Shown piece after piece: positions 30,495-39,059 of a DNA stretch of 64,000 bases. The notes beneath the pieces were generated by a model. That model was not told the DNA's origin. It saw only the letters and a program-made list of their open reading frames with translations, and did no database searches. This DNA comes from an uncultured Pseudomonadales bacterium (lineage in GTDB: Bacteria; Patescibacteriota; Microgenomatia; UBA1400; PJMF01): contig CAYMSV010000002.1 of the NCBI GenBank assembly GCA_964393205.1, positions 96,843 to 160,842 of the forward strand, in the 5' to 3' direction. Both the position numbers and the translations under genes were made by a program. The first letter of the stretch is position 1; every line of letters begins with the position of its first letter.

Positions 30495-32501
30495 ATGTGT
30501 GGCATATTTGGTTTTGTTAATAACAATCCTATCAATCTACCAAAACGTTCTTTAAAAAAAGAACTAGATAGACTATTTGTCTTGGCTCAATCTAGAGGCA
30601 AAGAAGCTGCTGGTTTAGCTTTAAATAATAAACAAAATATCGCTATTTATAAAGCTCCTCTACCTGCTAAACAACTAATCAAATTAAAAAGCTATCAAAA
30701 TTTTATTGATGAGCAACTAAAAAAAACAATTAATTCAGCTTTGGGACAAGCTAGGTTGGCTACACATGGCTTTCAAGCTAAAAATGACAATAATCAACCA
30801 ACAATAAGCCAAAACTTTGTTGCCGTCCATAATGGAATTATCACCAATCACCAAGAATTATGGTCTAAAAACCATAAAAAAAACTGTCCGGAATCAGACA
30901 CTCAAGTCTTGTTAGATTATTTACAGAAAACTTTTAATAAAAACAATGATTTTATATTCAGCTTACAAAATCTTTATCAAAATATCGAAGGTTCGGCCAG
31001 TCTCATTATAGCTAATAATTTTAATCAAGAAATTTGTATCAGCACTAATACTGGTTCCTTATACTGGATGAACATGCCTGATCTAGGAGCTTATTTTTTT
31101 GCTTCAGAATCATGGATGTTGAAAAATTTTATTAAAAAAGTATATCCAAACCATAATTCAAAAAAAATTAAAATCAAACAACTCAAACCTCAGAAAGCAA
31201 TTATTTTTACGGAAAATAAAAAGAAAAAGCGAATAATAAACTTAAATAAAAAAGTAAAAAATCCCAAACAACAAATAAAAAACAAAGTTGAGATTAGTAG
31301 AAAAATTATTGACAGCTCACCCAATGACATTCCAATGGATCACAGGCTTAATAATCTTTACTCAATTAACAATGATTTTAAAAAGATAAAGAAACATCAT
31401 TTTCCAACAGAAAAAATCAAAAAAATCCACCGCTGTAGTCGCTGTATTCTGCCATCCACTACTCCTTTTATCAGTTTTGATAAAAATGGAGTTTGCAATT
31501 ATTGTCATGACCACAAAAAAATCAGTTATAAAGGTATTAAAGAGCTTAGAAAAATAGTGGCTCCTTTTCGTAAAAAAAATGGTCAAGCAGATTGTTTAAT
31601 TGCCTTCAGTGGTGGAAGAGACAGCTCTTATGGCTTGCACTTTTTAAAAAAAGAATTGGGCATGAATCCCATAGCCTATACTTATGACTGGGGAATGGTT
31701 ACTGATATTGCCCGTCGCAATCAAGCTCGCATAGTCAGTAAGTTGGGAGTTGAACACATTATTATTTCGGCAGATATCACTCAAAAACGTCAACATATTC
31801 AAGAGCATATTAAGGCTTGGTTAAAAAAACCAGAATTGGGGATGGTTCCTCTCTTTATGGAGGGTGACAAACAATGTGAATTTTATGCAGACCAATTAAT
31901 GAAAAAATATGATCTGGAATTAATGTTTTTTTGCAGAGGTAATGAATTTGAAAAAGAAGAGTTTAAGGCTGGACATTGTGGAATTAGAGATGCTGATCCA
32001 GATGGAGTAATCCATCACCTATCTTTAAAAAATAAAATCAGAATAGCTGCTTACTATTTGAGTCAATATATCAAAAATCCGGCCTACATTAATATTTCAC
32101 TGCTAGATACCATGTTGGCGTTCTTTGCCACCTATATTCAAAAACACCAATATCTCTTTCTCTGGCATTACGTTCCTTGGAATGAACAGCAAATTATTAA
32201 AACTTTAAAAAATGAATATAACTGGGAAAGTAGCGACGAAACTCTTAGTACTTGGCGTACAGATGATGGCAGTTCAGCTTTTTATAACTATATTTATTAC
32301 ACTGTTCAAGGTTTTACTGAGAACGACTCTTTTAGATCAAGACAAATCAGAGAAAAATTGATTGATCGTTCCACAGCACTTGAATTAGTTAATGAAGAAA
32401 ATGCTCCAAGATATAAAGCACTTAAATGGTATTTTGATCAGGTAGGACTAGATGGACATAAGGTTTTAACTCAAGTGGATCGAATCAGTAAATTTTATTA
32501 A
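30495..32501 (+). CDS. Glutamine amidotransferase (class II, Ntn) fused to PP-loop N-acetyl-sugar amidotransferase (WbuX/WbpG/PseA-like)
   Basis: 668 aa. N-terminal MCGIFGF carries the class II GATase catalytic Cys2. There is a Cys-rich zinc-ribbon-like segment, CSRCILPSTTPFISFDKNGVCNYC. The PP-loop SGGRDSS lies in the C-terminal half. Confidence 0.65.
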   Translation: MCGIFGFVNNNPINLPKRSLKKELDRLFVLAQSRGKEAAGLALNNKQNIAIYKAPLPAKQLIKLKSYQNFIDEQLKKTINSALGQARLATHGFQAKNDNNQPTISQNFVAVHNGIITNHQELWSKNHKKNCPESDTQVLLDYLQKTFNKNNDFIFSLQNLYQNIEGSASLIIANNFNQEICISTNTGSLYWMNMPDLGAYFFASESWMLKNFIKKVYPNHNSKKIKIKQLKPQKAIIFTENKKKKRIINLNKKVKNPKQQIKNKVEISRKIIDSSPNDIPMDHRLNNLYSINNDFKKIKKHHFPTEKIKKIHRCSRCILPSTTPFISFDKNGVCNYCHDHKKISYKGIKELRKIVAPFRKKNGQADCLIAFSGGRDSSYGLHFLKKELGMNPIAYTYDWGMVTDIARRNQARIVSKLGVEHIIISADITQKRQHIQEHIKAWLKKPELGMVPLFMEGDKQCEFYADQLMKKYDLELMFFCRGNEFEKEEFKAGHCGIRDADPDGVIHHLSLKNKIRIAAYYLSQYIKNPAYINISLLDTMLAFFATYIQKHQYLFLWHYVPWNEQQIIKTLKNEYNWESSDETLSTWRTDDGSSAFYNYIYYTVQGFTENDSFRSRQIREKLIDRSTALELVNEENAPRYKALKWYFDQVGLDGHKVLTQVDRISKFY

Positions 32502-34852
32502 ATTCTTGACAATTCCCAGGTAATTTCGGGAGCTAAAAGCAAAGCGTCTTGTTGATATCGTTCAGCAAGATTTGGCTCGTTTGTCTCTAACTGTCGATAA
32601 AAACGCCACAACTGTTTAGCCAACCTTTCTTTTTCTTCCCACGGCCAAGGCTTATCAGGGTTTTCTATAAAAAAGTGCATAAAATTAGCTATCAACCACT
32701 GTTTTCGCTCCTGATTAATCTTAATATCAGTGCCCAATTCTTTTATTAAAGGACGCATTAAGTCTTGACCAAAATCGTAAAATTTTTTTTGAAATTTACT
32801 TGCTACAAAGCGATCAGCTAAAATCTTAAAATCTGTATAGTTCAAGCTAAAAAATAAGTCAATTAAGACATCTGCATAAAAACGATAAAAAGATTCATAG
32901 TTTTGATAAAATAAGTCTGAATCTAATTGTAGAAATTCTTTTAAAAAATCTGAGTGCTTTGCTTCACCATCAAATTCTAAAAACACCGGTTTATAGCCTT
33001 CAGGTTGCCAAGTATTTAATAGATAATACTGATAGTAAAATTGCCCAGCAAGTTGCAAGTCATCTTTTACAAAAGCCTCATCTGCAAAATTCAACAATAA
33101 TGATCCAATTAATTCTTTATGTTTAATATCAATAGCTAAATTTTTACTTTCCAAATAAATAACCTCTTTGTTTACCCAATGTGAAGTTTTTAATAAGACT
33201 TCGACCCTTTCTTGCCAATCCCAAAGCTCATCCTCCATCAAAAATTCAAAAAAATCAGGTTTAATCACAAATCTTGGATTTATATTTAGAAGTTCTAAAT
33301 AAATTTTCTTTTGTAGATTTTTATCATCAGTATATTCAAAATAGTTTAATAAAAAATTAGCATCATTTCTATAAATATTAAATATAAAATCTTGATTTTC
33401 TTGACTTAAAACATTAATACTTGCTGAATAATCGGGATTCTCCAATAAAGGAAACGTGATAAAAGCTCGATTTGCTGTAGAAAATTCTTTAAATAATTTA
33501 GAAGCAAGATGTGTAAAAGAAATTATAATTAACAAAATACTGCTTATAGAAAAAATCAAACAAGCTATAACTGAGAGGAAAGATCTTGAATAGATGGTCT
33601 TAGCCCTTGATTTCTTAGCGAGAAATAAATTCTGACGAAAAACAATTGCTAAAAAAACTAAAAGTAAAGAAAAAATAGCGCTAAATTGCCAATCAAAATC
33701 AAAGATTGCCATTAAATAAAGAGACAAAATTCCCAACAATAAACCCTGATTTCTTGAAGATGGTTTTTTGACAACTAACATTACACCTGATATTAGCAAA
33801 GCAAAAAAAGACAGAAAATACAAAAAAAATCCTATCAAACCAGTGTCTGTTAAAATTTGTAAAAATTCATTATGAACATATCTAGCAACTGAAATGTCAC
33901 TACTAGCTTGATTGCGAAAAACAAGAACAAAACTATTTAGACCATAACCAATTAGAGGTCTTTGTCTAAAAAAATCTATGGCCTGTTTCCAATATATTAA
34001 TCTGTCATCCTGAGTGATATCCTTGCAAAAATGCTGGAAATTAGAGTCTCTATTCCTACAAAGTTCACTAGGAGCATAATGAAGCTTAAATACAAAAGCA
34101 ATTAAAAAAACCAAGCTTAATAAAAAAAATAAAGACAAGTTTTTGAGAAGTCTCTGCTTAAGTGGATTTAACTTTTTTAGTTTTTGAAAATTTAAAAAAA
34201 CAAGAACCAATAGCTGTAAAACTGCCAAGAAGATAGCGACTCGAGCAAAACTCAAAAGTAAAACAATATAAAAAAATAATAACCAATATAATTCTGAAGT
34301 TTTTTTTATTTCCTTTTCTAGGATAATGTTTTGCCAAAAATAAGGTAAAAATAAAATTAACAAAGTTGCAAAATGGTTATGTCCATAACTGGCATAAAGC
34401 AGATTCATTTTTGGCAGTAAATCTCCTAGACTAGGCACCAACATTAAGAGTAAAACCAGTATTGAAAAAAATTTCATTAAGTTAAAAAATTTCTTAAATA
34501 AAATTCTCTCATCGGGCAATAACTTTTGATCATAAAATAAAAAAACAATCAAACTTAGGAAACCAAGTAACAGAGAAAAATAGCGACTTAAAGATTGGCT
34601 CCAGGCCACTCCTAAATAGGCATTTATGGGGAGATAAAAAAGTAATAATAAAATTGAAAGCAAAGAAATTAATAAAATATTATAAAAAACCGGCTTAGTC
34701 TGCTTTAGCAATTCTATTTGTTTAAAGCTGAGGTGTTTTTTTTGACTTAAATAAAAAAGCGCTAAAATTCCTCCAATACAAAAAATCCATTGAGTTTCCG
34801 CAAATATAATCAAAAAAGATAGTAAAATGACAAATATAGTTGTAAAAACCAT
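32498..34852 (-). CDS. O-antigen ligase/Wzy_C-domain membrane protein with long C-terminal soluble extension
   Basis: 784 aa. Motifs: SYGHNHFATLLILFLPYFW, a Wzy_C-like HNEFLQILTDTGLIGFFLYF block, and an SFARVAIF (SR-type) loop. About 12 TM are followed by a ~330 aa non-membrane C-terminus. It is a paralog of 60625-62796. Confidence 0.55.
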   Translation of the reverse strand: MVFTTIFVILLSFLIIFAETQWIFCIGGILALFYLSQKKHLSFKQIELLKQTKPVFYNILLISLLSILLLLFYLPINAYLGVAWSQSLSRYFSLLLGFLSLIVFLFYDQKLLPDERILFKKFFNLMKFFSILVLLLMLVPSLGDLLPKMNLLYASYGHNHFATLLILFLPYFWQNIILEKEIKKTSELYWLLFFYIVLLLSFARVAIFLAVLQLLVLVFLNFQKLKKLNPLKQRLLKNLSLFFLLSLVFLIAFVFKLHYAPSELCRNRDSNFQHFCKDITQDDRLIYWKQAIDFFRQRPLIGYGLNSFVLVFRNQASSDISVARYVHNEFLQILTDTGLIGFFLYFLSFFALLISGVMLVVKKPSSRNQGLLLGILSLYLMAIFDFDWQFSAIFSLLLVFLAIVFRQNLFLAKKSRAKTIYSRSFLSVIACLIFSISSILLIIISFTHLASKLFKEFSTANRAFITFPLLENPDYSASINVLSQENQDFIFNIYRNDANFLLNYFEYTDDKNLQKKIYLELLNINPRFVIKPDFFEFLMEDELWDWQERVEVLLKTSHWVNKEVIYLESKNLAIDIKHKELIGSLLLNFADEAFVKDDLQLAGQFYYQYYLLNTWQPEGYKPVFLEFDGEAKHSDFLKEFLQLDSDLFYQNYESFYRFYADVLIDLFFSLNYTDFKILADRFVASKFQKKFYDFGQDLMRPLIKELGTDIKINQERKQWLIANFMHFFIENPDKPWPWEEKERLAKQLWRFYRQLETNEPNLAERYQQDALLLAPEITWELSRI

Positions 34853-34884
34853 TGATCTTTGTAATCATAGCAAAAAAAAATAAA

Positions 34885-36003
34885 ATGTCGAAAGCACAAA
34901 TAAAAAATCAAAAGAAGATTCTTCTAATCATTAACAACTATGAATTAAATTCTATTAATAAAATTATTTTGAGCATTATTAAAACTAATCAAAGTTTGCT
35001 CTTTTATGTATTAAGCCTTGAGGATTTTGGTGAATATCAGAGTGATTTTAGTAACAAAAAAAACCTTATTATCATTGATAAAGGTAAAAAGCTTAGACAA
35101 AAAATGATTAAAACGAAGAAAATAATTTTTCAAGAAAAGATTAAACTAATTCACACCCATAGTCTTCGTCCAGAACTCTGCGCCTTTTATTTTAAAATTT
35201 TTTTTCCTAAATTATTTCTAATAAGTAACCGCCATAATCCCCTGTTTCTACACTTTAATATTAAAAGTAGATTACAAAATACAAGTTATCGTTTATTTTC
35301 CAAGTATACCAATCAAAATATTTGTGTGGCCCCTCACATATACAAGACTTTATTAGAAGATTTCAAAATTTCCCAGAAAAAATTATTATTAATAGAAAAT
35401 GCTTTAATTGAAAATAAAGAATCTAAGATTAAAACAAAAAACAAAAAAAGAAAAACAAAACAAATCATCTATTTTGGCCAATTGATTAAAAGAAAAAATA
35501 TAGAAACCCTTATTCTAGCCTGGAAAAAAATCAAAGAAGCTCCACAACTAACAATCATGGGACGAGGTAAAGAATTAAAAAAACTTAAAATCCTAGCCTC
35601 AAAGTGTTCTGCAGAAAACACAAAAACTATTAAATTTTTACCTTTTCATCCCAATCCGGAAAACTTTTATAAAAAAGGAGATATTTTTGTTTTGCCTAGT
35701 TTAAACGAAGGTCTCTCACTGAGTTTACTAGAGTCTATGAAAAGTGCTTTGGTTTGCGTAGCCAGTGATATTCCTGCCAATAAATTTATTATTAAATCTG
35801 GTCGCAATGGCCTACTGTTTAAAGCTGGTTCTGTGAAAAGTTTAAAAAAGCAATTAGTTAAACTAATAAATAAACCTCAACTTTGCAAACAACTAATAAA
35901 ACAAGCCCAAAAAGACGTGGAAGATAATTTTAATAATAAAAAAATGACTCTGTCCTACAAAATTAACTACCAAAAACTTTTCCAGTTAATCGAAAATAGA
36001 TAA
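34885..36003 (+). CDS. Glycosyltransferase family 4 (GT-B fold)
   Basis: GT4 C-terminal signature LPSLNEGLSLSLLESMKSALVCVASD. The track ORF begins at a TTG at 34852; I prefer the in-frame ATG at 34885 (MSKAQIKNQ...). Confidence 0.7.
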   Translation: MSKAQIKNQKKILLIINNYELNSINKIILSIIKTNQSLLFYVLSLEDFGEYQSDFSNKKNLIIIDKGKKLRQKMIKTKKIIFQEKIKLIHTHSLRPELCAFYFKIFFPKLFLISNRHNPLFLHFNIKSRLQNTSYRLFSKYTNQNICVAPHIYKTLLEDFKISQKKLLLIENALIENKESKIKTKNKKRKTKQIIYFGQLIKRKNIETLILAWKKIKEAPQLTIMGRGKELKKLKILASKCSAENTKTIKFLPFHPNPENFYKKGDIFVLPSLNEGLSLSLLESMKSALVCVASDIPANKFIIKSGRNGLLFKAGSVKSLKKQLVKLINKPQLCKQLIKQAQKDVEDNFNNKKMTLSYKINYQKLFQLIENR

Positions 36004-37087
36004 ATTTGAAAGTCTGATCACGAATCGCCTCATAAGTGTTGCAAGAACTATTACAATGTAAACAATCTTTTTTTCTCATTTCCCGACGCTTTTTAAGATT
36101 TCCTGATTCAAAAAATACTTCTGACAAACTTTTATTTAATTTAGCAGTTTTTTGATTAAATACTTGGCCAATAGGTTGACTAGAAAAACACCAATAAAGC
36201 TGACCATAAGCATCTATTACCACACTATCTACTAAGAATGGACAAGGAGTAGTTCGATTAGTTTTTTTACTATACATTGATAAAATATCTGCCCAATAAT
36301 AAGCATTAAAATCTAAAAAATGTTTTGGTTTTGCTAATTTTTTCAAAAATCTATTTAAAAGTGGCCAATCTTGAGAGCGAAAATTAACAAAATCTTCTGT
36401 ATCTAGATTCCGCACATAAGTATCGTGAAAGCCAACAATCTGCCAAGTATATTGATAAGCATGTTTTTTCAACCAATAAGTCAGGTGCTTTACGGTTCTT
36501 AGATTTTGTCGCATCAATAAAACACCTACAAATAAAGACAAACAAGAATATTGTTTTTCTAAATCACGAATTTTTTCTAAACTTAGCTTAACCCGATCAA
36601 ATGCACGACTCACACCACGAATTTTTTGATGACCTTCAGTATAATCATCCAGAGAAACACTAATTATTAAATCTATTCCTTTTTCTTGACATAGTTTCAC
36701 TATCTTTTCTAATTCTTTAAAACCAGATTTACTTATAAATCCATTAGTAACTAATGAAATTTTTTTTAATTTGGGTAAATTATTTATAAACAAGGATAAA
36801 ATGGCAAAAAATTCAGGATGAAGTAATGCTTCGCCTCCAGTCAAATCTAAACTACGTAAGTTACTTAAAAAAGGATCTTTGACTAAAACTCTCCACTCTT
36901 TCAAAGACAGCTCTCTAAGTTTAGGCATTTGCCAAATATTACACATGATGCAACGAGAATTACACTGATAGGTAAGGGCTAATAATAATTTTCGAGGTTT
37001 TAATTTAAAAAACTTACCAAAAAAAATATAAAAATAATAAAGAGTAAAACTTTTTAAAAAATTGCTAAATCTTTTTAATTGAGACAT
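35963..37087 (-). CDS. Radical SAM enzyme with C-terminal SPASM/twitch-like Cys cluster
   Basis: 374 aa. The CNSRCIMC stretch is a Cx3Cx2C radical SAM cluster. The downstream GGEALL segment is a SAM-binding motif. C-terminal cysteines (CPFLVDS...YWCF...CLHCNSSC) look like an auxiliary-cluster domain. Confidence 0.7.
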   Translation of the reverse strand: MSQLKRFSNFLKSFTLYYFYIFFGKFFKLKPRKLLLALTYQCNSRCIMCNIWQMPKLRELSLKEWRVLVKDPFLSNLRSLDLTGGEALLHPEFFAILSLFINNLPKLKKISLVTNGFISKSGFKELEKIVKLCQEKGIDLIISVSLDDYTEGHQKIRGVSRAFDRVKLSLEKIRDLEKQYSCLSLFVGVLLMRQNLRTVKHLTYWLKKHAYQYTWQIVGFHDTYVRNLDTEDFVNFRSQDWPLLNRFLKKLAKPKHFLDFNAYYWADILSMYSKKTNRTTPCPFLVDSVVIDAYGQLYWCFSSQPIGQVFNQKTAKLNKSLSEVFFESGNLKKRREMRKKDCLHCNSSCNTYEAIRDQTFKFIYFRLTGKVFGS

Positions 37088-38214
37088 AGACCTAAAATTT
37101 CAAAATACTTTTCCAAATTAGTAACATTATAATCTTTTTTTACCCTACGTTGACCAAACAAAGCTAATTTTTTTCTTAAAGAATCGTTTTTAAGCAATAA
37201 CATAATTTTATCGCTCATATCTTTGATCGAATAGGCAATTAAACCTGCTTCTTGGTTATGAAAATAAAGTTTAAGCCCAGGATAATTCATCACTACTGCT
37301 GGTAAAGCGGTGCTCCAAGCCTCTAACAAAACTACCGGCTGCCCCTCATATTTGGAACTAAGAACAAAAATCTTTGATTGAGCATAAAAACTAGCAACAT
37401 CACGATTTGGCTTAGCAAATCTGACGTTTTTAACTAATTTATTACTTTTAACATACTTTTTTAATGACTGCTCTTCTTTACCCTCACCCACCATTAATAA
37501 ACTAATATCTTTTTTATTCTTCTTTAATTCTTTAACTACTTTGATTAAGGTTAGTAAGTTTTTTTGCGGCGCAAAACGACCAATAAAAAGCAAATCAAAT
37601 ATTTTTTTATCAGCTTTTTTTGCTTTGGATTTAGAATTTTTCTTTGTATTTTTAAAATTTGTTACCACCCAATTAGGAACCACAAAAATTTTGTCAGCTG
37701 ATATATTTAAATAATCAATTAAATCCTGTTTAGCTACTTGATTTTGAACAATGATCGCTTTAGCAGCTGGATAAAAGATTTTTCCCAAAACTTTTTGATA
37801 AAACCGCGGATTCTCATATGAAAAGATATTGTCTTGGCTAATAAAAACCTCAATTTTTTTCCAAAAAAATAATTTACTCAAAAAAATACTTCTAACTGAA
37901 GAGTGTAAAACATGACTTAAGATCAAATTAATATCAAATCTAAGAATATTAATGCCCCAGTGAATAAAACTGGGCAAATAAAATGTTTTTCCAAGTACTC
38001 TTAGTGCCTTGGGTCTAATAAGTTGCTTAAATTGTGGATCTAATTGGTCAAGAAAGTCAAAATCTGCCTCAGCAGTGTATAGTAAGTAGGGCTCAATCCT
38101 CTCACTTAGTTCATTTTGATAAATATAGTTAATCAAATCAACAATTTTACGCTGAATACCTCCAAGACCCATATTGTAAAATATGAAAGCTAATTTAACT
38201 TTTTTGTGAGACAT
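37075..38214 (-). CDS. Glycosyltransferase family 4 (GT-B fold)
   Basis: 379 aa with the GT4 EX7E-type signature VLSSKYEGQPVVLLEAWSTALPAVVMN. It overlaps the radical SAM gene start. Confidence 0.75.
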   Translation of the reverse strand: MSHKKVKLAFIFYNMGLGGIQRKIVDLINYIYQNELSERIEPYLLYTAEADFDFLDQLDPQFKQLIRPKALRVLGKTFYLPSFIHWGINILRFDINLILSHVLHSSVRSIFLSKLFFWKKIEVFISQDNIFSYENPRFYQKVLGKIFYPAAKAIIVQNQVAKQDLIDYLNISADKIFVVPNWVVTNFKNTKKNSKSKAKKADKKIFDLLFIGRFAPQKNLLTLIKVVKELKKNKKDISLLMVGEGKEEQSLKKYVKSNKLVKNVRFAKPNRDVASFYAQSKIFVLSSKYEGQPVVLLEAWSTALPAVVMNYPGLKLYFHNQEAGLIAYSIKDMSDKIMLLLKNDSLRKKLALFGQRRVKKDYNVTNLEKYFEILGLCLN

Positions 38215-38219
38215 AATTA

Positions 38220-39059
38220 CTACTCAGGAAAAGTGTAATCAAGCACTGTGCCGAATAAAAACACACTTTCAGTGTCATTATAAAAGTAATCATTAACCAT
38301 AAGAGGGCGTCGATAACTATAAAAACAGTTGTTAGTGTTTTCTTTGAGACACCAAACCCTAAGGGAAATATTAAAATAAACGTCAGAGTGTAGCGGGTCA
38401 TAAGCAACTACTTTTCTACCCCTACTATCTAATTCTGAACTTTTGGCTGGCTCATATTTAAAACTATTAAATTTTAATATGTCTTGATTGCTGTAGTCCT
38501 CAAGAAATAAACGATGAAAATATTTAATCACTACATTTTCAATTTCAGGGATTTTAACATCAACTAAAGCAATTCTCTCTACAAATTTACTCATCCTATC
38601 TTCAACATTTTGGTAAACATCAATAATCTCTCCCTCAAAGAAATATTTTTCGGTAGTAAAATCAAAATTTTTACCCACTACCAGGGGTTTTCCCAAATAA
38701 GAGTAAGTTCTTTTTCTCTTATCATAAAGTGCTTCTATTTCTAAAGTTAAATAGACATCAAATTTTTGATCACCTCCAAAAGAAACCTTATCAATAAATA
38801 CCACCTCGGCAATTTTATCACCAGCAAAATTATAAATTTCATCTCCAACTGCCATTTGTAAAAATTGCCATTTTTCTATAGGCATTATTACTCCAAAATC
38901 TTGATCACTCACCAACATATCTATATGAATAGTTTGTTTCTCTCGATCAAAATAAAAAATAGCAAACACCAAAGCTAATAAGGCCATTAAAGCTAGTAGA
39001 TAATCAACTATTGATAGTTGTTTAAAAAATTTAATAATTTTTCTCTTGTATTTTTGCAT
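38220..39059 (-). CDS. Bitopic membrane protein (hypothetical)
   Basis: 279 aa with an N-terminal TM (IVDYLLALMALLALVFAIFYF) and a soluble domain in which I recognise no motif. Confidence 0.4.
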   Translation of the reverse strand: MQKYKRKIIKFFKQLSIVDYLLALMALLALVFAIFYFDREKQTIHIDMLVSDQDFGVIMPIEKWQFLQMAVGDEIYNFAGDKIAEVVFIDKVSFGGDQKFDVYLTLEIEALYDKRKRTYSYLGKPLVVGKNFDFTTEKYFFEGEIIDVYQNVEDRMSKFVERIALVDVKIPEIENVVIKYFHRLFLEDYSNQDILKFNSFKYEPAKSSELDSRGRKVVAYDPLHSDVYFNISLRVWCLKENTNNCFYSYRRPLMVNDYFYNDTESVFLFGTVLDYTFPE

